This document shows positions 9,301-18,358 of a stretch of DNA of 64,000 bases, piece by piece. Position 1 is the first letter of the stretch; each line of letters starts with the position of its first letter. The notes under the pieces were generated by a model that saw nothing but the letters and a program-made list of their open reading frames with translations, was not told where the DNA came from and did no database searches. The DNA lies in the IMG/VR virus record IMGVR_UViG_3300032665_002303; one strand, written 5' to 3'. The translations under genes and the position numbers were made by a program. The DNA comes from an uncultured virus (IMG/VR IMGVR_UViG_3300032665_002303) (taxonomy: Duplodnaviria; Heunggongvirae; Uroviricota; Caudoviricetes).

Positions 9301-11530
9301 TGCCATATGGGCTTCGGATATAATTGGACGACACACCGATCCCCAATCAAGGAGTGGAGATAACGGATATGTATCAGTCCCGAATCTAAATGATACAACC
9401 CCGTCGCCATACCCGTCGATGGCTCTGTCCTCTTTGTCGCTTACGGTCCCATCCGGATTAATAATACCGTCCTATTTTAAGTGGATAAATGTGCTAGTGG
9501 CCCCAAATGTTCTATTTTCTGACTTTTTTGATTGGACTGCGGATTGGATACAATATGTAGACAATACGGGGGCTACCAACAACACAAACCCAACATCAAT
9601 AAGAATTTATTTCCAATCACTTAACGAGTATAATAAACAATACAATCAAAATACCAATGTTTCTTGGGATTTCATTAGTGAGATAACGGCGGCGCTTAAT
9701 GGAACGCAGCCATTTCCGGTTGATGTTGTCCAGTTTATTGTAAATGGAGACGGATCGTATCTTCCGCCGATAAAAGGCGCACCCATAACATATAGTCAGG
9801 ACGGCTCTTTTTTTACAATCGCGTATACTTCTGATCTTGCTGGACTTACTAATGGATGTTTGTTTCGCATCATAAGACCCAAGCAAAATGTAACCAACTC
9901 AAACATTCCATATTATGAACAGTGCCTTACAATTCCAGTAGTAAATGGAGTCATACAGGCGGGTAATTATGTAATACCTTACCAAGACAGCTATCTTATA
10001 TCAAGATCTATACCGGTTCCGCTACTGCAAGGACAGCCGAATCCCATAGCGCCCGGCGCCGCGGCGCCAAATCCAATAGTCTACACATCAACCAATACAT
10101 CAACCACATTGGCGGCGGCTGGATATGCGGAAAACAACCTTGCCAATAATAATAATGTAATTGTATTCCAGACGGTAGATGCCCAGACAAACTTTCCATT
10201 CTTCTTCGAGAGCCCATCTCCTTCCGATCTGTGGGGCAGTCATTTATCCAGCCGGGGTCGCGTGGGCATACCTAACCCATACGAAAAGCAATACCGGGTA
10301 GGTACCGAGGTGGCTGTGTCCAATCCGCTGGCAGACAGGGGGATTGTAAACGGCATGGGCACATTCGACCCGGCTAATGCAGAGGTGTTCAATCGTAATA
10401 CCTATGGAAATATTACCGTGGTGCTGGTAGAGCAAGGCGTGTGTATGGTTATTTGCAATAACGACTACTTTATTACAAGGTACAATCAAACCCAGCTTCA
10501 GGTAGATGCCAGCGGGAATGTTATGGGTCAAAACCCAGGAGGCAGTAAGTTCACATCCCCGCAGATGAAAATGGGCTCCAATTATGGCGTGGTGCCCGAA
10601 AATATAAATAGCATACAGCGGTACAATGGGCAAGTGGTATTCCTGGACAACAAAGGACATCTTATATTCAGCGATTTTTCAGATGCAAAGCCAGTAGAAA
10701 AAGATGGTTACATGGGATATCTGCTGAATAAAATAGCAGAAACAAACATAAGGAACCAGAATCCCGGCACGAACGGCATTACTTACTGGATAGGTGGCAT
10801 AGACCCTAAAACGATGGAGTATACGCTTACCAATTTCAATATTCCGGTCAGCGGTAGTCCATCATACATAAATACCCAGAGTAAGCCAAACTTAGCGGTA
10901 AATGAGACGCTGTTATTTAACATGTCCACGGGAGTTCTAAAATCTTTCATGTCGTATACTGCGGAGATGTACGGCAGATTGCCGGGGTACTACCTGCAGC
11001 GCCAGTTCCTTGGATTTAAACAAGGAGTTCCGTATATATTCCACGGAAACCTTGCAAGCGCCGTAGCGCCACCAGCATACTGCAATTTCTTTGGTGTTCA
11101 ATGCGAGGTAAGGGTGACGCATATAGTAAATGGAATTGATGGTAAAAACCTGCCAGATAAAGTGAAGCGTTATTTATGGGAAGAAATATACTGTAGACAG
11201 ACAATTCCCGGACCCGCCGGTACGTGGCCAACGGCCTTATTTTACTGCGATAATATTGTATCCGAGAAAGGGCAAGTATCGCGTCTCCTTGCTGGGAGGT
11301 GGAAAATTGCAGATGGATACCAGTCGGCATCATTCCTGTGCGACATAAACACGCCGGTAGATCCGAATATGCCTGCGGATGTTACAGCCAACCCAATACT
11401 TGACGGCAACCCATTACAGGGCAGATATTTACTTGTGAGCACCACTAACAACAATTCGTGGACGGGTACATATTTTGAATTGAGCGAGAAGGTCGATTAC
11501 ATAAATGGTGTAGAGAAAACGCCGGAATAG
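6329..11530 (+). CDS. Large virion tail protein, probably crAss-like stabilisation/nozzle type
   Basis: 1733 aa, beta-rich. N-terminal NNFNGGINLDVDFLRLPPN and the C-terminal region resemble phage stabilisation/tail tubular B proteins. Structural context. Confidence 0.6.
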   Translation: MAQQFKNNFNGGINLDVDFLRLPPNTAAFIKNLTTNVNINANAAALSGGNETVRTPMEGNQALVISGTPAGTNYCIGTYSYETTNEMYFALYNSNGNHSIWVVSGDTGGVTLVYTSPLLPFLLDPKYFLSEGRMTLIEQSVIDPVTQLETTYKFLIITNNNEQQCVIDVGASIATGSYTTPYFTDSSAFYDPLELIHLGSVLPLRPMHNTTIPIGLNNPNSYVPVTSASIIDTATIANPGISYTVGSQGTIAGGTGGTFEVTAIGAGGAVVSFILLDGGTGYAATITPAATSTTSGGGSGLTLNILTLVTPDVSKQNLLINSGWQFRYQTIDVWGRFSNWSIISSLYTVLIGGGCVGTSNGLPRCVNLCFDAGNPLIKYITIAFRRGVGNDVNGQTETDWQTCETFSKYDDSQNVEWYNRAYNPTFITANSGITFNEATNVITYTFCADKQSNPVDPVDAANTEPGLPVTSASVAAIDKSILLANNVYDYQPLPQPVVDSLQFSVSPPSPAQTPCDAAPSRTIVVYAAIYDPLNGARAIIRQSHNKVVFGNTDGSCGNADSAFGIDQVFGDQTAGNSGFIGYLAGTPYTCISTQGYIDPSTGVFTYQGYGSGISFPKGGGAVQQFIFNNVPAGKYIMRVASHKTTISDATLQSTSTYVAGVSQINQLNVASGLSNYAANPVKEIEIDCSTGNYPLTYSAGNPLLVILDLTNSGVDGGHAVDGYLCEQNGSDTPIEMSPVCFQGTSVGAPLDTYGSFFTDHNGFYFASSGALFVSISFFADMCDGAGITERTFYSSANTAYTSVGRGAAGITHGDGSGVGSGCAGVTGNWRNKIFFYPSTGTYPSSARRTITQVLNICGSSSIGAPGVLAIMTKGAYGQTDGSGSVSVIAHNRYNYASSIGSTPLPYLASMLPNYSVSPSNTDYLIFSKNGTCQWNTCSGCGTTISDQLIAYISCCPIPPLTCNRVTMLSPLTVLSNGTGIYGVQSGGKYPVAIWASDIIGRHTDPQSRSGDNGYVSVPNLNDTTPSPYPSMALSSLSLTVPSGLIIPSYFKWINVLVAPNVLFSDFFDWTADWIQYVDNTGATNNTNPTSIRIYFQSLNEYNKQYNQNTNVSWDFISEITAALNGTQPFPVDVVQFIVNGDGSYLPPIKGAPITYSQDGSFFTIAYTSDLAGLTNGCLFRIIRPKQNVTNSNIPYYEQCLTIPVVNGVIQAGNYVIPYQDSYLISRSIPVPLLQGQPNPIAPGAAAPNPIVYTSTNTSTTLAAAGYAENNLANNNNVIVFQTVDAQTNFPFFFESPSPSDLWGSHLSSRGRVGIPNPYEKQYRVGTEVAVSNPLADRGIVNGMGTFDPANAEVFNRNTYGNITVVLVEQGVCMVICNNDYFITRYNQTQLQVDASGNVMGQNPGGSKFTSPQMKMGSNYGVVPENINSIQRYNGQVVFLDNKGHLIFSDFSDAKPVEKDGYMGYLLNKIAETNIRNQNPGTNGITYWIGGIDPKTMEYTLTNFNIPVSGSPSYINTQSKPNLAVNETLLFNMSTGVLKSFMSYTAEMYGRLPGYYLQRQFLGFKQGVPYIFHGNLASAVAPPAYCNFFGVQCEVRVTHIVNGIDGKNLPDKVKRYLWEEIYCRQTIPGPAGTWPTALFYCDNIVSEKGQVSRLLAGRWKIADGYQSASFLCDINTPVDPNMPADVTANPILDGNPLQGRYLLVSTTNNNSWTGTYFELSEKVDYINGVEKTPE

Positions 11531-11547
11531 ATCAGGGCGATGCCGTC

Positions 11548-11577
11548 GAACGGAGCGTCGCAACCGAAGCCAAATAG
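11548..11577 (+). repeat. Short dispersed repeat, solo forward copy
   Basis: GAACGGAGCGTCGCAACCGAAGCCAAATAG. Confidence 0.95.
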
Positions 11578-11596
11578 ATAAGATTGCTCCAAATTA

Positions 11597-11631
11597 AAAG
11601 GCCGCCTCCCATAACAGGAGACGGCCTTAAA
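11597..11631. terminator. Hairpin terminator between the convergent tail gene and groEL
   Basis: AAGGCCGCCTCC-CATAACA-GGAGACGGCCTT. Confidence 0.55.
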
Positions 11632-11660
11632 TTCACACACACGTCGCAAATGTATGTATT

Positions 11661-13259
11661 TTATTTGATTGGGGCAACATCAATTATTGATGCTTCTGTA
11701 GTGAGGAATAAAGCCCCTATACTTGCCGCATTTTCAAGGGCAACGCGTGACACCTTTACCGGGTCGATAATTCCAGATGCTATGAGGGCTTCCAGAGAAT
11801 CAGACTTAACATTAAATCCGGTATCATTAGACCCCTCCCTTACGTAATCTATTATTATATCGCACTGCGACTCAGATTTTCCCGCATTCAAAAGTATCTG
11901 CCGAAGCGGCGCCGTCATCGCATGGAGAATTATATCCAAGCCTTTGGACTGATCTGCATTTTCACAGCGAACTTCTTTCATAAGCAAGCCTATCGATCGG
12001 ATATAGCCGGTGCCAGCCCCCGGCACAATGCCCTCTTCTATTGCGGCTCGGGTAGCGCAAAGGGCATCATCTATGCGATCTCTCTTTTCGCGCATTTCTA
12101 CTTCCGTAGTGGCGCCCACATACATTATCGCTACACCATTTGTGAGCTTTGCAAGGCGCTGAGTGCGCAACTTCTCGGCCTCAACCTCATTGTCTGTGTT
12201 CTCAATAAGTGCGCGAACCTGGGCAACCCTTGCGGCGATATCTTCTTTCTTCCCCTTTGAGCCTATAAATTTCGTCTGTGTCTGGGAAATAGAGATATGC
12301 TCTACCGTTCCAAAGAAAGATGGGTCGGCCTGGGCCAGTACATCTCCTTTGTCTGCGCTGATAACCTTACCTCCAACCATGATGGCTACATCTTCCAGCA
12401 TAGAGGTCTGCAGGTTGCCAAATCCTGGCAAGCGTATCGCGGCACACTGTACGCGACCTTCTATATTGTTTTTGGTCATTACGGCCAGCGCTTCACCATC
12501 TACATCTTCGGCTATAAGCAATACCGGACGCTTAGACTTTATGGCATACGTAAGGATACCCTCTACATCCTTCAGGGAGCTTGCCTTACGTTCGTATATA
12601 ACAACAATTGCGTTGTTGAATTCTGTGGTCATCTTTTCCGGATTGTTCACAAAATACCGGGATAGCCAGCCCTTTTCGATCTGTATGCCATCAACCTTCT
12701 CTGTGTAAGTTTTTTCTGTCTTACTTTCCGCCAACGTAATGAAGCCGTCATTACCTACAGACTGTATGGCGCTGGCTACCAGTTCGCCAATTTCCCGGTC
12801 ATTGTTTGCGGATATGGTGGCAATCTCTACCATGCTAGTGTTATCTACCTTCTGAGATTGAGCCTGCAGGCTTTTAACAACTACGGACACGGCCATATCT
12901 ATCCCCTTCTTTATTTCCACTGGGTTTGCGCCGGCATCTACCGCAGCCAAGCCCTCTCCTATAATACACTGAGCCAGCAATACGGATGTTGTGGTGCCAT
13001 CCCCGGCAGCAATAGCGGTCTTTTCTGCGGCCATCTTTACAAACTGTGCGCCCATGTCCTCCAGCTTATCTACCAAGTTAATTACGCGGGCTACAGATAC
13101 GCCGTCTTTCGTTGATCTGGGGCGGCCGGATACATCGTGCCGGATTGCAACGTTTCTTCCATTAGGACCAAGAGTGACCTTTACTGCATTAGCAAGTTTG
13201 TCTACTCCTTCTTTCATTTTATTCCTGGCGCCAGGGCCCAATTCTATTTGTGTTAGCAT
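11661..13259 (-). CDS. groEL: Chaperonin GroEL (Cpn60), phage-encoded
   Basis: AVKVTLGPNGRNV, TKDGVSVA, GDGTTT, ATISAN, IAEDVDGEAL, GIIDPVKVSRVALENAAS. No GGM tail. Confidence 0.97.
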   Translation of the reverse strand: MLTQIELGPGARNKMKEGVDKLANAVKVTLGPNGRNVAIRHDVSGRPRSTKDGVSVARVINLVDKLEDMGAQFVKMAAEKTAIAAGDGTTTSVLLAQCIIGEGLAAVDAGANPVEIKKGIDMAVSVVVKSLQAQSQKVDNTSMVEIATISANNDREIGELVASAIQSVGNDGFITLAESKTEKTYTEKVDGIQIEKGWLSRYFVNNPEKMTTEFNNAIVVIYERKASSLKDVEGILTYAIKSKRPVLLIAEDVDGEALAVMTKNNIEGRVQCAAIRLPGFGNLQTSMLEDVAIMVGGKVISADKGDVLAQADPSFFGTVEHISISQTQTKFIGSKGKKEDIAARVAQVRALIENTDNEVEAEKLRTQRLAKLTNGVAIMYVGATTEVEMREKRDRIDDALCATRAAIEEGIVPGAGTGYIRSIGLLMKEVRCENADQSKGLDIILHAMTAPLRQILLNAGKSESQCDIIIDYVREGSNDTGFNVKSDSLEALIASGIIDPVKVSRVALENAASIGALFLTTEASIIDVAPIK

Positions 13260-13301
13260 GTTTCTTTTTTTAAAAAGTTTTTTAAGCGGGATTAAGTTTA
13301 T

Positions 13302-13600
13302 CTATTTGGCTTCAGAGGCGACGCTCCGTTCAGCGGCATATCACTATTCGATTATGCCACTACCTTTCAGGTAATCGTAGGCATCTTTCCATGCGCTATC
13401 CTTAAAATAAGCCGACCCTACGTCCCTACCTTTCGGTTTGTCCTTAACCACATAAATGTCGAAATATTCCGGCATGAAGCATATCGCCTCTGGGTGTATT
13501 TTCCTTACCTCTTCTTCGTAATTTATTTCTGTGTCGCTCATTGTGTGTGTTAAATTGAAAAATGAAGTCGAACGGAGCGTCGCAACGATGCTAAACCATA
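13302..13600. repeat. Inverted repeat pair A (reverse copy 13302-13331, forward copy from 13570) bracketing a small gene
   Basis: CTATTTGGCTTCAGAGGCGACGCTCCGTTC ... GAACGGAGCGTCGCAACGATGCTAAA. Confidence 0.9.
13344..13541 (-). CDS. Small hypothetical protein (65 aa) inside pair A
   Basis: ATG at 13541 after an A-rich leader. The longer track ORF runs into the repeat. Confidence 0.6.
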   Translation of the reverse strand: MSDTEINYEEEVRKIHPEAICFMPEYFDIYVVKDKPKGRDVGSAYFKDSAWKDAYDYLKGSGIIE

Positions 13601-13605
13601 GCATG

Positions 13606-15249
13606 TTAGCCGACTACCGCAATTAAATCATTTTTGTGGAGAATAAGGTATGGAACACCTTCTATGTCTTCTGAAAATCCTGCTCCTCTCCTGAAGAGAA
13701 CAACAGCATCTTTTGATAGTCGCCCATCTTCTTCTACGGCGGCTACTATTCCCTTTACCGGCCGCTCCTTGGCGCTATCCGGTATCAATAAGTCCCCTGA
13801 CGTTGATTCGTCCAGCGGGCGTACCCATACCATGTTGTTCATTGGTACGATGTCTTGCAGTTTGATGTGCATGTTTGTATGTGATTTAGAGATGATAAAT
13901 TCAGGGGCGGCTATAAGAAACTTTTTGCCCAGTATATTTATTGGGTAAAGCTCCTCATATGGTGTAATTACATAGGCCGGGATGCTACGCGGGTAAACTG
14001 TTTTTGCAACTACCATGTGGTCCTTGCGAAGGTATTGCGCTACGGCCGTTTCTTCTTTCTTGATCAGTTCCATCTCTTTGGTGATAGCGGACCATTCTGC
14101 GGGCTGTAACTCCGGGTTAAACTGGCTTCGGTGGAGCATTATGCCATTCAGCTTCAGCTTTGCCTTTTCTGCGGCATTTTTCTTCTTGTGCTCGATCATG
14201 TTGCGCAGGTCATCTATGTTGCGATACTGCGGCAGGTCTGATCCCGATGCCAACAAGGCACTTTCGCTTTGATGGCCGCTCAGTATATCGAATTCCCATG
14301 CAAGGAATACACTGCCATTAACAGGCGTGATGTCTATTATCTTCCCGGTGTTGCGCTCATAATGAAGTTTGCCGAATATCTCTCGTGACTTTTCCTGCCA
14401 GCAGTTAATGACCCGGTACTGGAACGTAGCGCCGCCATGTTTACCATACTCATGGCCGATAACCCGGTAGTCTGTATTCTCTATTGAGTGATGTATAATA
14501 ACAGTGTCGTGAGCACTAACCTCCGGGTACATCTTTTGCGCTTCGGAACCAACGCCCATCACTTGTGCATACTGCAGGTTATGCAACATGGCGATAAACA
14601 GCGGGGACAGTGACAGCCCGGAGTCGCTGGTGGTTCTTTTGACGTGCTGGGCCGCAAGGTCTATCTTTATGATCATCCTGTATGGCGCCACTTCTCCATT
14701 TACGGTGAATATATCCATCTCGCCGATTACATCCAGCACTATCCCGTCTACCACCGCCTGGGCGTAGATGCCACCGGCGTCCAGCTTGGCATATTCTATG
14801 CGGTCACCTTTTTTCATGGAGTAGCCATCGGGCGCGTCAAATACAATCCCTTTCTGGGTGATTCCGGTGACGGATGCCGGAAGTATAAGTCCCGTTTCGC
14901 TCATTTCCAGTTCGGATATAGGCCGCACATAGATGCGATTTACTGGACGGTCATTCACTTCGTATATCTCGCGCTCGAAAACGATGTCGCAGTTTTCTCC
15001 ATCCACTTCGATCTCGTCCAGAAAGTCCACATCGGTGCGGTCTATCTTGTTGTAGGATACGGTGTCGCCCACATTGAATGTAGAATCAATGCAGGTAGAC
15101 ACTACCTCTCCCATCTCACAGAACTTCGCTGCATGTTCAGGGTTTAAAAGGCCGGAGTCGGTAACGGATGCCGGTATCTTTACAGGCTTTACTACTAATC
15201 GGGGGAAATGAGTGTTTAGCTTCTCATTGAAGTAAGGTAGTGTATGCAT
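13606..15249 (-). CDS. Multi-domain GroES (Cpn10)-like co-chaperonin
   Basis: C-terminal domain IVPMNNMVWVRP...SGDLLIPDSAKERPVKGIVAAV is clearly GroES-like. Three further GroES-like segments lie upstream. Adjacent to groEL. Confidence 0.7.
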   Translation of the reverse strand: MHTLPYFNEKLNTHFPRLVVKPVKIPASVTDSGLLNPEHAAKFCEMGEVVSTCIDSTFNVGDTVSYNKIDRTDVDFLDEIEVDGENCDIVFEREIYEVNDRPVNRIYVRPISELEMSETGLILPASVTGITQKGIVFDAPDGYSMKKGDRIEYAKLDAGGIYAQAVVDGIVLDVIGEMDIFTVNGEVAPYRMIIKIDLAAQHVKRTTSDSGLSLSPLFIAMLHNLQYAQVMGVGSEAQKMYPEVSAHDTVIIHHSIENTDYRVIGHEYGKHGGATFQYRVINCWQEKSREIFGKLHYERNTGKIIDITPVNGSVFLAWEFDILSGHQSESALLASGSDLPQYRNIDDLRNMIEHKKKNAAEKAKLKLNGIMLHRSQFNPELQPAEWSAITKEMELIKKEETAVAQYLRKDHMVVAKTVYPRSIPAYVITPYEELYPINILGKKFLIAAPEFIISKSHTNMHIKLQDIVPMNNMVWVRPLDESTSGDLLIPDSAKERPVKGIVAAVEEDGRLSKDAVVLFRRGAGFSEDIEGVPYLILHKNDLIAVVG

Positions 15250-15300
15250 GTGCGGTTTTTATTTTTGGTTTTAAAAGTTTTTAAGCGGGATTTCGTCTTA

Positions 15301-15713
15301 CTATTGGGCTTCAGTGGCGACGCTCCGTTCGGCGGCGTCACTACTATCATTTATCTTGATAATAAGAAATAGATCTGTCCGAATTATTTTTAGTTTTATA
15401 AATAAAGTTTAATAAATTTTTTGGCGAATCCAACAGGTAGCCGATTGCGGAAGGGGTATCACCTTCTGAATATTGTATGCAAACGATGTATCTGGTGGAA
15501 ATATCATGGCCGTGACCGACATCATTTATGGAAACAATAAGACCATTTTTGCCAACTTCCTTATTAACTAAAGTAGCCAACTCTTCAAACGACTTTATTT
15601 CTGTAGCTGCAGCAATCGAGTGTTTATAATCTTCTCTTCTCGGCCTAAATAACATAATGCAAGTTTAATATATAGCAGAACGATGAACGGAGCGTCGCAA
15701 CGATACTAAATAG
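15301..15713. repeat. Inverted repeat pair B (reverse 15301-15330, forward 15685-15713)
   Basis: CTATTGGGCTTCAGTGGCGACGCTCCGTTC ... GAACGGAGCGTCGCAACGATACTAAATAG. Confidence 0.9.
15347..15655 (-). CDS. Hypothetical protein inside pair B
   Basis: 102-aa ORF filling the space between the repeats, AT-rich. Confidence 0.6.
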   Translation of the reverse strand: MLFRPRREDYKHSIAAATEIKSFEELATLVNKEVGKNGLIVSINDVGHGHDISTRYIVCIQYSEGDTPSAIGYLLDSPKNLLNFIYKTKNNSDRSISYYQDK

Positions 15714-15829
15714 TGGCAATAAGGCGACTACAAAAAATCAATAACGACATTTATCGTGTAAAAGTAGTGATAATAATGAATAACCCAAACCTATAAAGGT
15801 ATTTTTGTTGAAATAAATACCCAACTACT

Positions 15830-16105
15830 ATGTCTGCAGGTGTATCATTTATGGTTAGTGCCCCGGTCTGGATAGATGGAACAGGTCAATTCCTGGGCGG
15901 CCAAGAGATAGGTGTGGCAAACGACGCACAGCCATTCGGCATGGTGCTGGTACCTGGCGGACATTCCGTTCCCGGCTTCGCTCCTACGCAACTCCCTCAG
16001 AATTGCTTATTTGTAAAAGACAAGAACTTAGGTGGACTATACCTTAACTGGACAATGGCTCAGTGGCAAAAGGCCGCGTTGCTGACAACAACAAATCCCG
16101 TTTGA
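15830..16105 (+). CDS. Hypothetical protein
   Basis: First ORF of the + strand lysis/structural operon. Confidence 0.6.
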   Translation: MSAGVSFMVSAPVWIDGTGQFLGGQEIGVANDAQPFGMVLVPGGHSVPGFAPTQLPQNCLFVKDKNLGGLYLNWTMAQWQKAALLTTTNPV

Positions 16106-16126
16106 TAAAACTTCACTGACGACCTT

Positions 16127-16477
16127 ATGTATAACACCCCTATGAAAAATATGACCAGCAGACTAGCTGACGAAACCTTAGAATTTATATCAAAGTGGGG
16201 TGCATGGGTCACCTACATTTTTATTGGACTTGTCGGAAAATTTGGATGGGACATCATAAACAGGAAGAAAATGTCATTCTGGTATATATTCGGAACAGGT
16301 ATGGTGGCCATATTCGTAGGGTACTTATCGACAATGTGGTGTAGCGCACACTGCCCGGCGCAGGGAGCATATATCGTCCCGGTATGTACGCTGGTAAGCA
16401 GGGATATAATGTTGTTTCTGACGATGCTGGACTGGCGGAGTATACTTCATCTGGTATTAAATAAAAGGGAGGATTAA
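16127..16477 (+). CDS. Putative holin / membrane protein
   Basis: Two to three hydrophobic segments, charged C-terminus, near the endolysin. Confidence 0.55.
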   Translation: MYNTPMKNMTSRLADETLEFISKWGAWVTYIFIGLVGKFGWDIINRKKMSFWYIFGTGMVAIFVGYLSTMWCSAHCPAQGAYIVPVCTLVSRDIMLFLTMLDWRSILHLVLNKRED

Positions 16478-16478
16478 C

Positions 16479-16838
16479 ATGGCGGATCAACCAAAGGAAT
16501 TGAACAAAGTAGAGGTGTGGGGATTAAAGCTCATCATCGCTCGTTTTAAAAGCAAGAGCCCCGCCGGATATGCGTTGCTGGCAAAATACAGCGTCATACT
16601 TGCCGGGATATGCGGCGCCTACATCGCCATGTATAATCAAGGAGTTCTGACATTTACATATGCCGGTGCAATAGACAACTTTTGTATAGTCGCGGGGGCG
16701 GCACTTACGGCAGTCGGTTTGGTATCGGGGTCTACAACCACCAACCCAAAATTGGTGAGCAACGAATTGAAGCAAAATGTCATTCAGGATGCGGTAGATA
16801 ATAAGACTCATCTGCCAATAGGTCCAAAGGATAATTAG
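16479..16838 (+). CDS. Putative holin / membrane protein
   Basis: Two TM-like segments, lysis cassette context. Confidence 0.5.
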   Translation: MADQPKELNKVEVWGLKLIIARFKSKSPAGYALLAKYSVILAGICGAYIAMYNQGVLTFTYAGAIDNFCIVAGAALTAVGLVSGSTTTNPKLVSNELKQNVIQDAVDNKTHLPIGPKDN

Positions 16839-16880
16839 ATTGCAAGTCAAATTAAATTAACACTCATAAAAAAAGAAAAA

Positions 16881-17264
16881 ATGGCAACGATTAAAGAGAT
16901 TTTAGTAGCAGACGAGCAGAAGGTAGTAAAATGGTTTGAGTCAAAAGAGCCACTTCTGATAACCGCAATAAAGACAGGCGTAGTTATCGCCGATAAGCTG
17001 ATAGCATTCGACAAGAGTGCGGGTGGCGCGGCGATTATCGCTTATGTGGAAAGCCTGGTTCCTGCGGCACAGCCATGGACGGCAGAAGTGATTCAGATAA
17101 CACAATCCCTGGCTACGGATATGGCTGCCGCTACAAATCCCGCGTCATGGGAAGGTATCGGGCTTCGCCTGGCGGCAGAAGTTGCAAAGATCATAGATGG
17201 CGGCAAATTGCCAACAGGCATCAGCGGATACCTTGCAGAAGTGCAGGCGATATTCGTAGGTTAA
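16881..17264 (+). CDS. Hypothetical protein
   Basis: ORF with A-rich leader in the operon. Confidence 0.65.
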   Translation: MATIKEILVADEQKVVKWFESKEPLLITAIKTGVVIADKLIAFDKSAGGAAIIAYVESLVPAAQPWTAEVIQITQSLATDMAAATNPASWEGIGLRLAAEVAKIIDGGKLPTGISGYLAEVQAIFVG

Positions 17265-17340
17265 GCATCAGGGAGGTGGCGCCGAAGTGTGCGACGCAAC
17301 GAAGCTCAATTATAGAAAAAGCAGACTAAAAAATATTTTT

Positions 17341-17685
17341 ATGATAACGATACCATTACAGTTCTGGGCAATAGTATACTATGCTGACAACGCCTTCTAC
17401 CAAAACGGCCAATCAGTACCTATCTATTGCAAGCATCAGGTAATAGGAGACTTCGGTATGAGCACCGTAGGTGAAATAACACCACTGCCGGGCGCAACCG
17501 TTCCTAATACGGACGTAGCGCTTACCTTGGCCCCAACAGCGTACCCGAACCCTCCAAAATTTGCAGATGCGGGCTTTAAAGCCGTAAAGCAGGTAAAGGA
17601 CCTGGTTACCCTGACTACATTCTATGTGGACTCGGCCAGCTATAATGCGAACGTGATACAATGCTTCCCGTCTAACGAAAACTAG
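17341..17685 (+). CDS. Hypothetical protein
   Basis: ATG at 17341 preferred; the upstream track extension covers a variant repeat. Confidence 0.6.
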   Translation: MITIPLQFWAIVYYADNAFYQNGQSVPIYCKHQVIGDFGMSTVGEITPLPGATVPNTDVALTLAPTAYPNPPKFADAGFKAVKQVKDLVTLTTFYVDSASYNANVIQCFPSNEN

Positions 17686-17714
17686 GCGAGAAATAAAGAT
17701 TTCATAACCATTTT

Positions 17715-17745
17715 CAGGGCGGTGATTTAATCGCCGCCCTGTTTT
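17715..17745 (+). terminator. Intrinsic terminator
   Basis: CAGGGCGGTGATT/AATCGCCGCCCTG stem followed by TTTT. Confidence 0.65.
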
Positions 17746-17759
17746 ATAATTTACATAAC

Positions 17760-18356
17760 ATGACAGTAGATTTTAGTAGCAATAACGGCTTAATAAATTT
17801 CGATAACCTATCTGGCGTAGACGAAGTTTTTATCCGCACATCCCTTGGATATGGCGATTTAGACAAGATGCTGCATACTAATGCGAATGGCTTATCAAGA
17901 GTAGGGATACCAGTAAGCTATTATCATTTTGCCTACCCCCACAGTTCCGCAGACCCGGCAACCGACGCAGCAAAGCAAGCTAATTATTTCGTGGATACCA
18001 TACAGGCGCTACCGAAATACACCCATCTGGCTATTGACCTGGAACCGCAGGATGCTGCCGGTACCGACACGAGTCTTTCTCAGGAAGACTACGCGACATG
18101 GCTGCAGACATTCCTCGACACCGTAGAGAACAGAACTGGAACGAAGTGCATCATATACACCTATGCCGACTACCTGAACCGTCACCTGCCGGATAATCAC
18201 GCATTTGGCGCGTATCCATTGTGGATAGCCAACTACAGCAATGTTAGTATACCGGCACTTCCAAAAGGATGGGACGCAGCATGGGCATGGCAGTATTCGG
18301 ATAGTGGCACCGTGGCCGGAGTGCAGACAAAAGTTGACCTCACTAAATTAATGTAA
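17760..18356 (+). CDS. Endolysin, glycoside hydrolase family 25 lysozyme
   Basis: VDFS, YYHFA, AIDLE, IIYT, LWIANY, WQYS and KVDL motifs of GH25. Confidence 0.9.
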   Translation: MTVDFSSNNGLINFDNLSGVDEVFIRTSLGYGDLDKMLHTNANGLSRVGIPVSYYHFAYPHSSADPATDAAKQANYFVDTIQALPKYTHLAIDLEPQDAAGTDTSLSQEDYATWLQTFLDTVENRTGTKCIIYTYADYLNRHLPDNHAFGAYPLWIANYSNVSIPALPKGWDAAWAWQYSDSGTVAGVQTKVDLTKLM

Positions 18357-18358
18357 AG

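Noticed and set aside
11548..15713. Chaperonin block inverted by recombination between its outer repeats
   Set aside because: The outermost sites (11548 and 15685) are in direct, not inverted, orientation.
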